Source: an uncultured Candidatus Marinamargulisbacteria bacterium
Lineage (GTDB): Bacteria; Margulisbacteria; Marinamargulisbacteria; CAYINU01
Direction of reading: 5' to 3'
Assembly (NCBI GenBank): GCA_964364855.1
Contig: CAYINU010000002.1
Span: 2,337 to 66,336 of the forward strand
Length of the DNA: 64,000 nt
Below, one piece after another: positions 27,705-38,009 of the stretch. The position numbers and the translations under genes were made by a program. Numbering within the stretch: the first letter of the stretch is position 1; the number at the start of each line of letters is the position of its first letter. The notes below the pieces were generated by a model. It worked only from the letters and a program-made list of their open reading frames with translations. It was not told where the DNA came from and did no database searches.

Positions 27705-28948
27705 TCTGACCGAATCTGCCCGGTTCCGGTCACGATGTATTTGTATGTGGTCAGTACATCCAGTCCCATCGGACCTCGCGCATGCAGTTTTTGAGTCGAA
27801 ATGCCGATCTCGGCACCAAACCCGAATGCACCGCCGTCGGTGAACCGGGTTGACGCATTTACCATAACAGCTGCGGCATCCACGGCCTCCGTAAATCGCT
27901 GGGCGGATTCCAAATCCCGGGTAATGATGGCTTCAGTATGCTGGGTGCCATAGGTTTGGATATGCGATATCGCGTCATCCAGGCTGTCGACCACTTTGAC
28001 AGACAAAATAAGATCCAGATATTCGGTTGCCCAATCAGCCGGTGTGGCCGGTACGACTTGGGCCAGAGTCTGGGTTACCTCACAACCGCGGACTTCCACA
28101 CCCAGGGATACCAATTGGTTCACCAGGTCCGGCAATAATCGGGATGCGACATCTGCATGGACCAATACCGTCTCGCAGGCATTGCATACGGATGGACGCT
28201 GGACCTTTGCATTGCGGATAATATCCGTAGCCATTTGCAGATCGGCCGATGCGTCCACGTAGACATGGCAAATGCCAACACCGGTCTCGATCGTGGGAAC
28301 GGTGGCGTTTTCCACTACAGATTGGATCAGCGACGCCCCACCGCGGGGAATCAGCACACTGAGGTATTTGTTCATCCGCATGAGGGCATTTGCACTGTCG
28401 CGAGAGGGATCCTCCAGCAATTGAATGGCCTGTTCTGGGAGGCCAGTTGTTTTCAGCCCGATCCGTAAGGCTGTTGCGATGGCCGAATTGGAGTGATACG
28501 CCGATCCACTGCCGCGCAGCACAACGGCGTTACTGGTCTTGATGCACAGCGCGGCGGCATCTGCGGTGACATTGGGACGGCCTTCATAAATCATGCCGAC
28601 GACACCTAGCGGAACGCGGACTTTTTGGATTTTGAGCCCGTTGGGCCTGACCCAGCCATGTAGCACTTCTCCAATGGGGTCAGGCAAAGCGGCAATATCC
28701 CGTAGCGCTTGCGCGATGGCGGTAATGCGGTCAGTAGTCAACAGGAGCCGATCCAAAATGGCGGCCAAAAACCCGGCTTTTTTACCGTTTTCAAGGTCAG
28801 CTTTATTGGCATCTAAGACGGTACTCGTTTGGGACTCCAAGGCCGATGCCATCGCCAGAAGGGCATCATTTTTTTGTTGGGTGGAGGCGGTCCCCAACGT
28901 CCGGCTGGCGCTTAACGCTGCTTGGCATTGCTGCTCGACAGTTTTCAT
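27701..28948 (-). CDS. proA: gamma-glutamyl phosphate reductase
   Basis: The ALDH-fold ProA motifs ...GMIYEGRPNVTADAAALCIKTSNAVVLRGS... and catalytic Cys ...CNACETVLVH are present. Confidence 0.9.
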   Translation of the reverse strand: MKTVEQQCQAALSASRTLGTASTQQKNDALLAMASALESQTSTVLDANKADLENGKKAGFLAAILDRLLLTTDRITAIAQALRDIAALPDPIGEVLHGWVRPNGLKIQKVRVPLGVVGMIYEGRPNVTADAAALCIKTSNAVVLRGSGSAYHSNSAIATALRIGLKTTGLPEQAIQLLEDPSRDSANALMRMNKYLSVLIPRGGASLIQSVVENATVPTIETGVGICHVYVDASADLQMATDIIRNAKVQRPSVCNACETVLVHADVASRLLPDLVNQLVSLGVEVRGCEVTQTLAQVVPATPADWATEYLDLILSVKVVDSLDDAISHIQTYGTQHTEAIITRDLESAQRFTEAVDAAAVMVNASTRFTDGGAFGFGAEIGISTQKLHARGPMGLDVLTTYKYIVTGTGQIRSD

Positions 28949-29724
28949 AAGGTATCCTTGCGGCTAGCGATACGCGTTCCGATGCCTTTTCCAGATAGCA
29001 AAGCAGGCAGATTTTCTGGCCGTCTTCCGTTGGCCAAGATGACATCAATTCCACTGTCAGAGGCACGTTTGGATGCCAGCAGTTTAGAACGCATGCCTCC
29101 ACGGCTCTTGCCGTTGGCTTTGTCCTGGGCCCAGGATAGGACGGTATCGTCGATACCATCCAGGGACTCGACCAAGGTTGCCTGCGAATTTTCCATCGGA
29201 TTGGCGGTAAACAGGCCGTCGATATCGGTCAAAATCACGAGCAGATCTGCCTCAACCAATTGGGCTACTTGCGCAGAAAGCTGGTCGTTATCGCCAAATT
29301 TGATTTCTTCAGTAGCGACGGAGTCATTTTCATTTATTATCGGGATGACATTGTGGTGCCACAACGCGGCAATGGTGTCCTTCACGGGACCACGGCGGTG
29401 GTCTTCCATCATGCCGTCTTGGGTGAGTAAGATTTGGCCGATTTGAATGCCATGAAACTCAAAAAAAGCGGCATAATTTTCCATTAGCAGTCTCTGTCCG
29501 ATGGCTGCGGCAGCCTGTTTTTCGGGAATGCTTTGTGGATGAATGCCCATGCGTTCGGCGCCACAGGTGATGGCTGCTGACGTCACGACCACCAGTTCTC
29601 GGTGGGCCCGATGAAGGCGAGCGATTTGCTCGACCAAATCACGGAGTTGATTAAGGTCCAATTTGTTTTGGGACGTAGTCAGTACATTCGTCCCAATCTT
29701 GATCACCATCCGGCGGTTCGCCAT
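28945..29724 (-). CDS. proB: glutamate 5-kinase (short form without PUA domain)
   Basis: ...VIKIGTNVLT...VVVTSAAI..G... plus ...IINENDSVATEE.KFGDND.L... match ProB. The gene overlaps proA by 4 nt. Confidence 0.9.
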   Translation of the reverse strand: MANRRMVIKIGTNVLTTSQNKLDLNQLRDLVEQIARLHRAHRELVVVTSAAITCGAERMGIHPQSIPEKQAAAAIGQRLLMENYAAFFEFHGIQIGQILLTQDGMMEDHRRGPVKDTIAALWHHNVIPIINENDSVATEEIKFGDNDQLSAQVAQLVEADLLVILTDIDGLFTANPMENSQATLVESLDGIDDTVLSWAQDKANGKSRGGMRSKLLASKRASDSGIDVILANGRRPENLPALLSGKGIGTRIASRKDTL

Positions 29725-29783
29725 TGGGGTATCCTAGTATGTCCCCGTAAGGGTTTCAAGACGCTCTAAGACGGCTTCCCCAT

Positions 29784-30773
29784 TTATGATGCTAGCTCGA
29801 GTATCTTATACCGCAACACGTCAATCCCGGTTTGGGCTGCTGCGGATAACACAATTGGCTTAATGCCTTGGGCTGAGAAGGCACTTGTTTGTTCCACTTG
29901 CTCGGCCTCAGACAATTGATCGGCCTTGTTTAGGACCACGATCATGGGCTTGGCTGTGATTTCATAGTCGGTGGTTTCCAGTTCGGTTTGAACGGTTTGA
30001 AAATGTATCCAGGTCTGTTCCGGTGCGTCAGGCACCATTTCTACGACATGGACGAGCACTTTTGTGCGATCGATGTGGCGCAAGAAGGCTGCACCCAAAC
30101 CCGCACCTTCAGAGGCGCCCTCGATGAGCCCTGGAATATCGGCAATGACAATTTCTTGATCTGCAAATTTTAATACACCCAAATTCGGTGTCAGCGTCGT
30201 GAACGGATATGCGGCAATCTTCGGGTTGGCGTTGGTGAGGGCTTTAAGCAACGTTGACTTACCGGCATTGGGTAGACCCACCAGTCCCACCCCAGCGATG
30301 AGGCGTAATTCCAGAACCAATATCCGATTCTCTCCCGGCAGTCCGGGCTGGGCACGGCGGGGGGTGCGGTTGGTGGGTGTGGCAAAGTAGGTATTGCCTT
30401 TGCCGCCTTTGCCGCCTTTGGCTATCACCAGTGTTTCGTCCGCTGTGGTCAAATCCGCTACCAATTCATTGTCTTCAAAGACCATCGTGCCCAGCGGCAC
30501 ATCAATCACAATGGACTTGCCGTCTTGACCGTGAGAATTGCGGCCTTTGCCTTGCAGGCCCGAGCCGGCCTTGTAGATGCGTTTTACTTTCAAATCCATC
30601 AGGGTTTGCAAACGTGACGATGCACGCAGGATGATGCTGCCGCCCTCACCACCGTCTCCGCCGTCCGGACCACCGAAAGGAATAAATTTCTCGCGACGAA
30701 AACTGATAGCCCCAGCGCCGCCATGGCCGCCTTGGACCTCTATTTCAACCTGATCGACGAATTTAATGCTCAA
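29784..30773 (-). CDS. obg: GTPase Obg/CgtA
   Basis: MSIKFVDQVEIEVQGGHGGAGAISFRREKF is the Gly-rich Obg fold. The G domain reads GLVGLPNAGKSTLL...DIPGLIEGA. Confidence 0.9.
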   Translation of the reverse strand: MSIKFVDQVEIEVQGGHGGAGAISFRREKFIPFGGPDGGDGGEGGSIILRASSRLQTLMDLKVKRIYKAGSGLQGKGRNSHGQDGKSIVIDVPLGTMVFEDNELVADLTTADETLVIAKGGKGGKGNTYFATPTNRTPRRAQPGLPGENRILVLELRLIAGVGLVGLPNAGKSTLLKALTNANPKIAAYPFTTLTPNLGVLKFADQEIVIADIPGLIEGASEGAGLGAAFLRHIDRTKVLVHVVEMVPDAPEQTWIHFQTVQTELETTDYEITAKPMIVVLNKADQLSEAEQVEQTSAFSAQGIKPIVLSAAAQTGIDVLRYKILELAS

Positions 30774-31028
30774 TTACTGAGCGTAAACGGAAACGCGTTG
30801 GCGTTGTTTCGAAATGGGTTCGAATTTGACCACGCCGTTGATCGTGGAGAACAATGTAAAGTCTCGGCCCATCTCGACGTTGAGACCCGGATGGAATTCC
30901 GTACCGCGTTGACGAACCAAAATGTTGCCAGCCAATACCTCTTCGCTGCCGAATCGCTTAATGCCCAATCGTTTAGAATGGCTATCGCGACCGTTTTTTG
31001 TACTACCTTTTCCTTTTTTATGTGCCAT
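30774..31028 (-). CDS. rpmA: 50S ribosomal protein L27
   Basis: [27 protein letters not shown]... matches L27. Confidence 0.9.
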   Translation of the reverse strand: MAHKKGKGSTKNGRDSHSKRLGIKRFGSEEVLAGNILVRQRGTEFHPGLNVEMGRDFTLFSTINGVVKFEPISKQRQRVSVYAQ

Positions 31029-31039
31029 GACGCGACTCC

Positions 31040-31348
31040 TTAACCGATGGACTCAATTTTGACCGTGGTCATTTTTTGGCGATGACCTTGGGTTTTTTTG
31101 TAGCCTGTTTTGCGTTTGAATTTAAAAATGATTTCTTTGGGAGCCTTAATTTGGTCGATAACCTTGGCCACCACTTTTTTGCCTGCCAGATAAGGTTGGC
31201 CTACTTCGATATCCGTATCGGTGCCAATTAGTAGCACCTGCTCAAAGGTTACGGATTCCCCTGGATTTGCGGTCAATTTTTCGATGTCTAGGGTAGTGCC
31301 TTGCTCTACGATGTATTGTTTTCCGCCGGTTTCAATTACTGCGAACAT
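31040..31348 (-). CDS. rplU: 50S ribosomal protein L21
   Basis: [17 protein letters not shown]... matches L21. An RBS AGGAGG lies upstream on the minus strand. Confidence 0.9.
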   Translation of the reverse strand: MFAVIETGGKQYIVEQGTTLDIEKLTANPGESVTFEQVLLIGTDTDIEVGQPYLAGKKVVAKVIDQIKAPKEIIFKFKRKTGYKKTQGHRQKMTTVKIESIG

Positions 31349-31414
31349 TCCAAACCTCCTGCCCGATCACTGGCACGTCTATAGCTGCGTCCTTGCGGAC
31401 GTCAGAAGCCACTT

Positions 31415-31443
31415 ACTATATCTAGCCTGAATTCCCATGTCAA
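31415..31443 (-). promoter_or_regulatory. sigma70-like promoter for the rplU-rpmA-obg operon (minus strand TTGACA-17-TATAGT)
   Basis: Read directly: complement of 31438-31443 is TTGACA and complement of 31415-31420 is TATAGT, with a 17-nt spacer. A 65-nt leader carrying a small hairpin precedes the rplU RBS. Confidence 0.45.
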
Positions 31444-31602
31444 TTCATATTGCATTTGTATGACGCTTCGCGGTCGGCGCTGTGTGCCTCCAATTGCATG
31501 GACAGGAACAGCCTTGAGCCGAGTGAGCCTGAATTCATTTCGGGCGAACGGGGCGAGTGCTCGTGAGCTACTGCGAGCATGCCGAGCCAATATTAAAAGA
31601 TG

Positions 31603-31631
31603 TTGACACTTTCGTTTTTAAAATGTTAAAT
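31603..31631 (+). promoter_or_regulatory. sigma70-like promoter TTGACA-17-TTAAAT (with upstream TG) ahead of the tRNA-Trp-secE-nusG cluster
   Basis: Read directly: TTGACA at 31603-31608 and TTAAAT at 31626-31631. Confidence 0.45.
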
Positions 31632-31681
31632 TTCGTGTCTACGTTTTGTGCAGAGAACCTGCAGCGTGGTGCTATTGAGTT

Positions 31682-31758
31682 AGGCCCGTAGCTCCAACTG
31701 GTAGAGCATCGGTCTCCAAAACCGAGTGTTGTCGGTTCGAATCCGACCGGGCCTGCCA
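31682..31758 (+). tRNA. tRNA-Trp (anticodon CCA), CCA encoded
   Basis: AGGCCCGTAGCTCCAACTGGTAGAGCATCGGTCTCCAAAACCGAGTGTTGTCGGTTCGAATCCGACCGGGCCTGCCA. The acceptor stem is AGGCCCG/CGGGCCT and the anticodon loop is CTCCAAA. It holds the classic position upstream of secE-nusG. Confidence 0.9.
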
Positions 31759-31769
31759 GACTGGAGAAT

Positions 31770-31958
31770 GTGAGCAATACGATGAAAGATTTTTTTGCTG
31801 ACTATCGCGCCGAACTGCGCCATGTGACTTGGCCGTCCCGAGAGGTCGTTGTCCGTGCCTCTGTCTTGATTGTGCTAATGGTCTTTGCTGCAGTGATTTA
31901 CGTAGGTGTGTTAGATATGATCTTTGCCAAAGGCGTCCTTTTATTAAAGTTGCAGTAA
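31770..31958 (+). CDS. secE: preprotein translocase subunit SecE
   Basis: ...WPSREVVVRASVLIVLMVFAAVIYVGVLD..., with a single C-terminal TM helix. The track start at 31770 is GTG; ATG 31782 is an alternative. Confidence 0.8.
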   Translation: MSNTMKDFFADYRAELRHVTWPSREVVVRASVLIVLMVFAAVIYVGVLDMIFAKGVLLLKLQ

Positions 31959-31991
31959 TCCCGTTGTAATCCAAAACAGTTAGGAAACAAA

Positions 31992-32594
31992 ATGACTAAC
32001 CAACCTTCAAACGAAGCGCAAATCGAAACCGAATATCCCCGAAGCACCGCGACGGCGACGGAGCCTGCTCGCTTTTGGTATATTTTGCAGTGCTACTCCA
32101 ATCATGAAAATAAAGTTCGCGACCGCATTCAACAGCTTATTGATGACAAGGTGTTCAATGGCAAGGTTGCTCGCGTCCTTGTCCCTCAAGAAGAAACCGT
32201 TGAAATCCGCAACAACAAGCGCGTTGAAAGTACCGCTAGAATTTTTCCCGGGTATGTATTTGTCGAAGCGGCAATGGACGATGAAGTTGGTTTCGAAATT
32301 CGCCGTATTCCTGGGGTCGTGAAGTTTATGGGGACCAAGTTCGCACCGTCCCCTGTTACTGAAAACGAAATTCTCAAGGTATTGCGTAAAGTGGGTGACA
32401 AATCCAAAAAAATCGAAGTTGACTTCGAAATGGGTGAGGTTGTCAAAGTTGTCGACGGTGCATTCCGTGGATATTCTGGTCCGATCTCTGATATTTCTCC
32501 GGAACGTGGTAAATTGAAGGCTTTGATTTCTATTTTCGGCCGCGAAACGCCGGTAGAGCTGGATTTCGATCACGTCGAAAAAATTGTGAACTAA
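31992..32594 (+). CDS. nusG: transcription termination/antitermination factor NusG
   Basis: ...WYILQCYSNHENKV... is the NGN domain and the C-terminal KOW reads ...GEVVKVVDGAFRGYSGPI.... Confidence 0.9.
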   Translation: MTNQPSNEAQIETEYPRSTATATEPARFWYILQCYSNHENKVRDRIQQLIDDKVFNGKVARVLVPQEETVEIRNNKRVESTARIFPGYVFVEAAMDDEVGFEIRRIPGVVKFMGTKFAPSPVTENEILKVLRKVGDKSKKIEVDFEMGEVVKVVDGAFRGYSGPISDISPERGKLKALISIFGRETPVELDFDHVEKIVN

Positions 32595-32611
32595 GTTTGG
32601 AAGGGTAGATC

Positions 32612-33043
32612 ATGGCAAAGCAAAAGCAGCTCAAAACCATTGTTAAATTGCAGATCGCCGGCGGAAAGGCGACGCCTGCGCCTCCGATCGGTCCTGCGCT
32701 CGGTCAGCACGGTGTCAGTATCATGGACTTTTGTAAGGCATACAATGACCGTACGAAAGACAAGGTCGGTACTATCGTCCCCGTCGAAATCAAAATTTAT
32801 GATGATCGCAGTTTTGACTTTGTTCTCAAGACGCCGCCAGCCAGTCAGTTGATTTTAAAAGCCATTGGCAAGGAAAAGGGCTCAGCAAAACCCAATCGCG
32901 ACAAGATCGGACGTATTAGACGCAGCCAGCTGGAAGAAATTGCCAAGATTAAAATGCCGGATCTCAATGCCAACGATTTGGATCAGGCTGTTCGGATCGT
33001 GATGGGATCATGTCAAAGCATGGGGGTAGAGGTAGAGTCATGA
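32612..33043 (+). CDS. rplK: 50S ribosomal protein L11
   Basis: ...[25 protein letters not shown]... matches L11. Confidence 0.9.
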   Translation: MAKQKQLKTIVKLQIAGGKATPAPPIGPALGQHGVSIMDFCKAYNDRTKDKVGTIVPVEIKIYDDRSFDFVLKTPPASQLILKAIGKEKGSAKPNRDKIGRIRRSQLEEIAKIKMPDLNANDLDQAVRIVMGSCQSMGVEVES

Positions 33044-33738
33044 AACGCGGAAAAAAATACACAGAGAAGGCGGCTTTGGTAGAGGCCAATCAGGCCTACT
33101 CACCGGATCAAGCAATGAGCCTGGTCAAACAAACAGCCTATGCCAAATTCCCAGAGAGTGTAGAAATTCATTTTAAGCTTGGCATCGACCCTCGCCATGC
33201 CGACCAGCAAATCCGAGGTACATTGTCTTTGCCTCACGGTACAGGCAAGTCGATTCGGGTTGCGGTAGTTGCCTCCCCGGACAAGCAAGACGAGGCCAAA
33301 AAGGCTGGCGCTGACGAAGTGGGCGGCGCGGAATTGGTAGATAAAATTGCCGGGGGATGGTTTGAGTTTGACCTTTTGATCGCGACGCCGGATATGATGG
33401 CCAAGGTCGGCCGCCTGGGTCAGGTTCTGGGCCCTAAGGGCTTGATGCCCAGCCCAAAAGGCGGGACAGTGACCCCGCAGGTCGGACAGGCTGTGAAAGA
33501 ATTCAAGTCTGGCCGTATCGAATATCGTAACGACAAGCTGGGCAATCTTCATGTGGTAATCGGCAAGGTCAATTTCACCGAAAATCAGTTGGTCGAAAAT
33601 TACTGGGCAGTTCACGAAACCATCGTGAAGGCCCGGCCTTCGAAGGCCAAAGGCGTCTATATGCAGACCATCACGGCTTGCTCGACAATGGGCCCTGGTG
33701 TTAGCATTGATCCTTTGAAAAATAAAAAGGAAGGGTAA
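33040..33738 (+). CDS. rplA: 50S ribosomal protein L1
   Basis: [30 protein letters not shown]... matches L1. ATG 33040 overlaps the rplK stop as ATGA, so the track's upstream-extended start is rejected. Confidence 0.9.
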   Translation: MKRGKKYTEKAALVEANQAYSPDQAMSLVKQTAYAKFPESVEIHFKLGIDPRHADQQIRGTLSLPHGTGKSIRVAVVASPDKQDEAKKAGADEVGGAELVDKIAGGWFEFDLLIATPDMMAKVGRLGQVLGPKGLMPSPKGGTVTPQVGQAVKEFKSGRIEYRNDKLGNLHVVIGKVNFTENQLVENYWAVHETIVKARPSKAKGVYMQTITACSTMGPGVSIDPLKNKKEG

Positions 33739-33741
33739 TCG

Positions 33742-34278
33742 ATGACAGCTGTTGTGAGAGAAGAGAAGAAAGAAGCTGTTGCAGATCTGAAGGGCCGGCT
33801 TGATGCAGCCGCTTTGACGGTTATTGCAGACTATCGTGGCCTTACTGTGGCCAAGATGCGGCAACTACGCCTATCGCTTCGGGAAACAGGCTGTACCGTA
33901 CAAGTGGCCAAAAACACTTTTACGCAGATTGCCTTAAACCAACTCGGGATTTCCTGCCCGAAGGATCTGTTGGAAGGTCCTTCCATCGTGATTACGACCG
34001 ACACGGATCCTGCAAAAACGGCCAAAGTCATTATTGAATTTGCCAAGGAAAATCAAAACGTTCAGGTTAAAGGGGGTATTTTTGAGCGCCAGGTGGTTCA
34101 GGCTGGCGTGGTGACTGAGTTGGCGAGTTTGCCGTCTCGCGAGGAGTTGATCGCAAGGGCTATCGGCAGCATCAAGTCGCCGCTTTCTCGTTTGGTCTAT
34201 ACGTTATCAGGTCAAATCTCAAGCCTGGTTTATGTATTAAATTCTGTTAAGGAAAAAAAATCTGGAGGTGCACAATGA
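33742..34278 (+). CDS. rplJ: 50S ribosomal protein L10
   Basis: The L10 family pattern is present; the gene precedes rplL. Confidence 0.9.
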   Translation: MTAVVREEKKEAVADLKGRLDAAALTVIADYRGLTVAKMRQLRLSLRETGCTVQVAKNTFTQIALNQLGISCPKDLLEGPSIVITTDTDPAKTAKVIIEFAKENQNVQVKGGIFERQVVQAGVVTELASLPSREELIARAIGSIKSPLSRLVYTLSGQISSLVYVLNSVKEKKSGGAQ

Positions 34279-34694
34279 CAGCAGCTGCGACGGAAGAAAA
34301 GCAAGCAGTTGAATTGACTGGAACTGCAAAGGAAATTATTGGATCAATAGAGAAAATGACGGTATTGGAACTGTCTAATCTCGTGAAGGCCTTAGAAGAT
34401 AAATTTGGTGTTGTCGCTGCCGCCCCTGTGGCTGTAGCCGCTGGTGGTGCTGCCGCTGGTGCTCCTCCTGCCGAGGAAGCCGACGCGAAAATCGATGTTA
34501 TCTTGAAAGACTCTGGCGATAAGAAAATCCAGGTTTTAAAAGTAGTTCGTGAATTGACTGGCCTGGGCCTGAAAGAAGCCAAGGACTTGGTAGACTCCGC
34601 TCCGAAGCCTATTAAAGAAGGCGTAGAGCGCGAAGAAGCTGAGAAGATTAAGAAGGCTTTGGAAGAGCAAGGCGCAAAAGTTGAATTTAAATAA
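34275..34694 (+). CDS. rplL: 50S ribosomal protein L7/L12
   Basis: ...[21 protein letters not shown]... is followed by an Ala-rich hinge and ...[41 protein letters not shown] strong RBS GGAGGTG precedes the ATG. Confidence 0.9.
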   Translation: MTAAATEEKQAVELTGTAKEIIGSIEKMTVLELSNLVKALEDKFGVVAAAPVAVAAGGAAAGAPPAEEADAKIDVILKDSGDKKIQVLKVVRELTGLGLKEAKDLVDSAPKPIKEGVEREEAEKIKKALEEQGAKVEFK

Positions 34695-34708
34695 CCTGTA
34701 GCAGGTTA

Positions 34709-34757
34709 GGCCGGGAAGGGGTTTTCACCCCTTTCCGGCTGTTTTTTTTCTTTTTTT
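34709..34757 (+). terminator. rho-independent terminator/attenuator between rplL and rpoB
   Basis: The stem ccgggaagggg / cccctttccgg has a ttttca loop and is followed by ctgtttttttt ctttttttt. This is the classic rplL-rpoB attenuator position. Confidence 0.7.
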
Positions 34758-34777
34758 AGAATCGATTTTCTGACGAG

Positions 34778-37700
34778 GTGACAATAGTGATTGGCCTGAA
34801 ACCAAGACCCCGCATTCCCCTGCACGCTCACGTCCCCAGTGAGATCGTCCCTTATCCTAATTTAGTTGAGATCCAAACCCAATCTTTTGAAAAATTTGTA
34901 AAAGAAGGCATTCGCGATGAACTGAAAGCCATTTCTCCGATTGTGGGGTATGGTGGAAAATTTGAGCTTGAATTTTTGGATGGCTATCGGTTAGAAAAGT
35001 CAACTTATTCTCTGGACGAGTGCCAGCAACGTGAGTTGACGTACTCGGCATCATTGCGCGTACCGGTTCGCTTGACCAATCGCGAAACTGGCGAGGTTAA
35101 AGAGCAAGAAGTCTTTATGAGCGATATTCCGCTCATGACGGATATGGGGACCTTTGTTATAAACGGGGCAGAGCGGGTTGTTGTCAGCCAGTTTATTCGA
35201 TCACCTGGGGTTTATTTCCGCCGCAAGGCCGGCGTGACTAAGGACCGGGAGTCGTTTTTCGCCACGATTATTCCAAACAGGGGTGCCTGGCTGGAGATCG
35301 AAGCCGATCCCAATCATATCTTGTATGCGCACATCAATAAAATGCGTAAATTGCCGGTGTCCATTGTATTGATGGCACTAGGTCTGAATAAAAAGCAAGT
35401 CATGTCCAAAATGGTGGACGGTGAGCTTTTGGAGAAGACCTACGAAAAAGCCTCTGTTGAAACAAAAGAAGAGGCCTTAATGGAGGTTCACCGAAAGCTG
35501 CGACCCGGTGATCCGATTACCGTGGAAGGCGCACGCCAGTTATTGCATAACCTTTTCTTTAATGAGGCGAAGTACGATTTGGGCAGGGTGGGGCGTTATA
35601 AAATAGATAAGCGCCTGGACCTGGATATTAACATCGACACGACCGTTCTGACCGTTGATGACATTGTCGGCGTGGTGAACTATGTTTTGAAGCTTGTCAA
35701 AAAGGAAGGCCATACCGACGATATCGACCATTTGGGCAATCGCCGCATCCGAACAGTGGGTGAACAGCTCCAAAAGCAATTCCGTGTTGGATTGGCCCGC
35801 CTAGAACGCCTGATTCGTGAGCAAATGGCTGTTAAAGGAAACGAAAAGATTGTTCCGCAGCATCTCATTAATATCCGGCCTTTGGTGGCTGTGATGCGGG
35901 AGTTTTTTGGCAGTTCTCAGCTCAGCCAGTTTATGGACCAAACCAACCCATTGGCCGAAATTGCACACAAACGGCGTTTGAGCGCCTTGGGCCCAGGGGG
36001 TTTGACAAAAGAGCGTGCCGGATTTGAGGTGCGCGATATTCACCCCTCTCACTACGGCCGCATTTGTCCCATCGAAACTCCCGAAGGGCCGAATGCCGGG
36101 TTGATCGGTCCCTTGGCGACCTTTGCCCGAGTCAACGAGTTCGGATTTATTGAAACTCCGTATTTGAAGGTTAAAAAGGGGAAAATCACAACGGAGGTTG
36201 AGAGTCTGACCGCAGACGTCGAGGATAAGTATTATATTGCACCTTGGGATTCGGAAATTCGCAGCGGCAAATTAGTTGGCGAGACTATCGTTGTTCGTCA
36301 CAACCGCGAGTTTAAGATCGTGGATACCGATTTGGTAAACTTCATCGGTGTATCTCCCAAGCAATTGGTTGGAATTGCCTGTGCCTTGATCCCTTTCTTA
36401 GAACATGATGACGCCAACCGTGCGTTGATGGGATCTAACATGCAACGCCAGGCTGTGCCTTTGGTTCGCCCCGAGGCACCTTATGTCGGTACCGGTCTTG
36501 AGGGTGTAGTTGCCCGGGATTCCTCAGTGCTGCTACACGCCAAGCGCGGAGGCACCGTCAAGAAGGTAACCGCTCGAGAAGTCATCATTAAAACCGATAA
36601 GGGCGAAGATACTTATGCGTTGCAGAAGTATTTCCGCTCCAACCAAAACACCTGTAAAAACCAAAAACCGATTGTTGCAGTGGGTCAAAAAGTAAAGGCC
36701 GGGGATGTCTTGGCAGACGGGGCCTCCACGCAATTCGGCGAGTTGGCGCTGGGCCGCAATATTTGCGTGGCCTTCTTGCCGTGGGAAGGGTACAACTTCG
36801 AAGACGCCATGATCATTTCCGAGCGTCTTGTGAAGGAAGATGTCTTCACTTCCATTCATATTCACAAGTATGAGGTTGACGTTCGAGCGACGAAGCTGGG
36901 TCCCGAAGAAATCACCCGCGAAATCCCCAATGTGTCCGAAGATGCCCTTCGTAATTTGGACGAAAATGGGATTATTCGCATCGGGGCATTGGTCAAGGCC
37001 GGGGACATTTTGGTCGGTAAGGTAACGCCAAAGGGGGAAACCGAACCACCAGCGGAAGAGAAGCTGCTTCGTGCCATCTTTGGGGACAAGGCCCGTGACA
37101 TGCGGGATACCTCATTGAAAGTGTCTTCTGGGGAATCCGGAAAAGTCATCGGAATCCGAGTATTTTCACGTGAATTGGGCGACGACTTGCCCCCCGGTGT
37201 AAATGCTATTGTTCGCGTATATGTAGCCCAATTGCGCAAGATCTCCGTCGGGGATAAGATCGCGGGGCGTCACGGTAATAAGGGTGTTATATCAACGATT
37301 TTACCTGTCGAAGATATGCCCTTCTTGCCAAACGGGGTTCCGGTTGACCTGATGTTAAACCCCCTGGGTGTCCCTTCTCGGATGAATGTCGGCCAGTTGT
37401 TTGAAACCTTGCTCGGTTTGGCGTGCCATGTGTTGGGTACTAACTCCGAAGTCCAATTGTTCGACGAAATCTTGGGCCCCGAAGTTTCCGTAACGGCAGT
37501 CGAATCCAAGCTGAACGAAGCCGCTAAAGAGTCTGGATATGAGTGGGTTGAGCCTACTGGAAAGATTCGGTTGCGTGATGGGCGTACGGGTGAGCCATTC
37601 GAGCGGGATGTCACCGTTGGTTATATGTACGTCCTCAAGTTGATTCACTTGGTCGAAGATAAAATCCACGCACGATCAACAGGACCGTATTCGCTGGTTA

Positions 37701-37990
37701 CACAACAGCCGTTGGGTGGTAAGGCTCAGTACGGTGGCCAGCGCTTTGGTGAAATGGAGGTATGGGCTCTCGAAGCGTATGGTGCCGCGCATACCTTGCA
37801 GGAAATGTTGACCATCAAGTCTGACGATTTGACCGGTCGCGCCAAGGCTTACGAGGCGATTATTAAAGGACGGCCGCTGTCTCGTCCAGGTACACCAGAG
37901 TCATTCCGCGTATTGTTGCGAGAGCTTCGTTCCATCGCTTTGGACGTCCGCGTGAAATCCAAAGATGGCACCGAAGTAGATACGCGATAG
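34778..37990 (+). CDS. rpoB: DNA-directed RNA polymerase subunit beta
   Basis: Conserved RpoB blocks ...[24 protein letters not shown]... and [13 protein letters not shown]... are present. The track start at 34778 is GTG. GTG 34787 with a GAGGTG RBS 6 nt upstream is an equally plausible start. The protein is compact at about 1070 aa. Confidence 0.9.
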   Translation: MTIVIGLKPRPRIPLHAHVPSEIVPYPNLVEIQTQSFEKFVKEGIRDELKAISPIVGYGGKFELEFLDGYRLEKSTYSLDECQQRELTYSASLRVPVRLTNRETGEVKEQEVFMSDIPLMTDMGTFVINGAERVVVSQFIRSPGVYFRRKAGVTKDRESFFATIIPNRGAWLEIEADPNHILYAHINKMRKLPVSIVLMALGLNKKQVMSKMVDGELLEKTYEKASVETKEEALMEVHRKLRPGDPITVEGARQLLHNLFFNEAKYDLGRVGRYKIDKRLDLDINIDTTVLTVDDIVGVVNYVLKLVKKEGHTDDIDHLGNRRIRTVGEQLQKQFRVGLARLERLIREQMAVKGNEKIVPQHLINIRPLVAVMREFFGSSQLSQFMDQTNPLAEIAHKRRLSALGPGGLTKERAGFEVRDIHPSHYGRICPIETPEGPNAGLIGPLATFARVNEFGFIETPYLKVKKGKITTEVESLTADVEDKYYIAPWDSEIRSGKLVGETIVVRHNREFKIVDTDLVNFIGVSPKQLVGIACALIPFLEHDDANRALMGSNMQRQAVPLVRPEAPYVGTGLEGVVARDSSVLLHAKRGGTVKKVTAREVIIKTDKGEDTYALQKYFRSNQNTCKNQKPIVAVGQKVKAGDVLADGASTQFGELALGRNICVAFLPWEGYNFEDAMIISERLVKEDVFTSIHIHKYEVDVRATKLGPEEITREIPNVSEDALRNLDENGIIRIGALVKAGDILVGKVTPKGETEPPAEEKLLRAIFGDKARDMRDTSLKVSSGESGKVIGIRVFSRELGDDLPPGVNAIVRVYVAQLRKISVGDKIAGRHGNKGVISTILPVEDMPFLPNGVPVDLMLNPLGVPSRMNVGQLFETLLGLACHVLGTNSEVQLFDEILGPEVSVTAVESKLNEAAKESGYEWVEPTGKIRLRDGRTGEPFERDVTVGYMYVLKLIHLVEDKIHARSTGPYSLVTQQPLGGKAQYGGQRFGEMEVWALEAYGAAHTLQEMLTIKSDDLTGRAKAYEAIIKGRPLSRPGTPESFRVLLRELRSIALDVRVKSKDGTEVDTR

Positions 37991-38009
37991 GTCTAAAAGG
38001 AGACATTAC

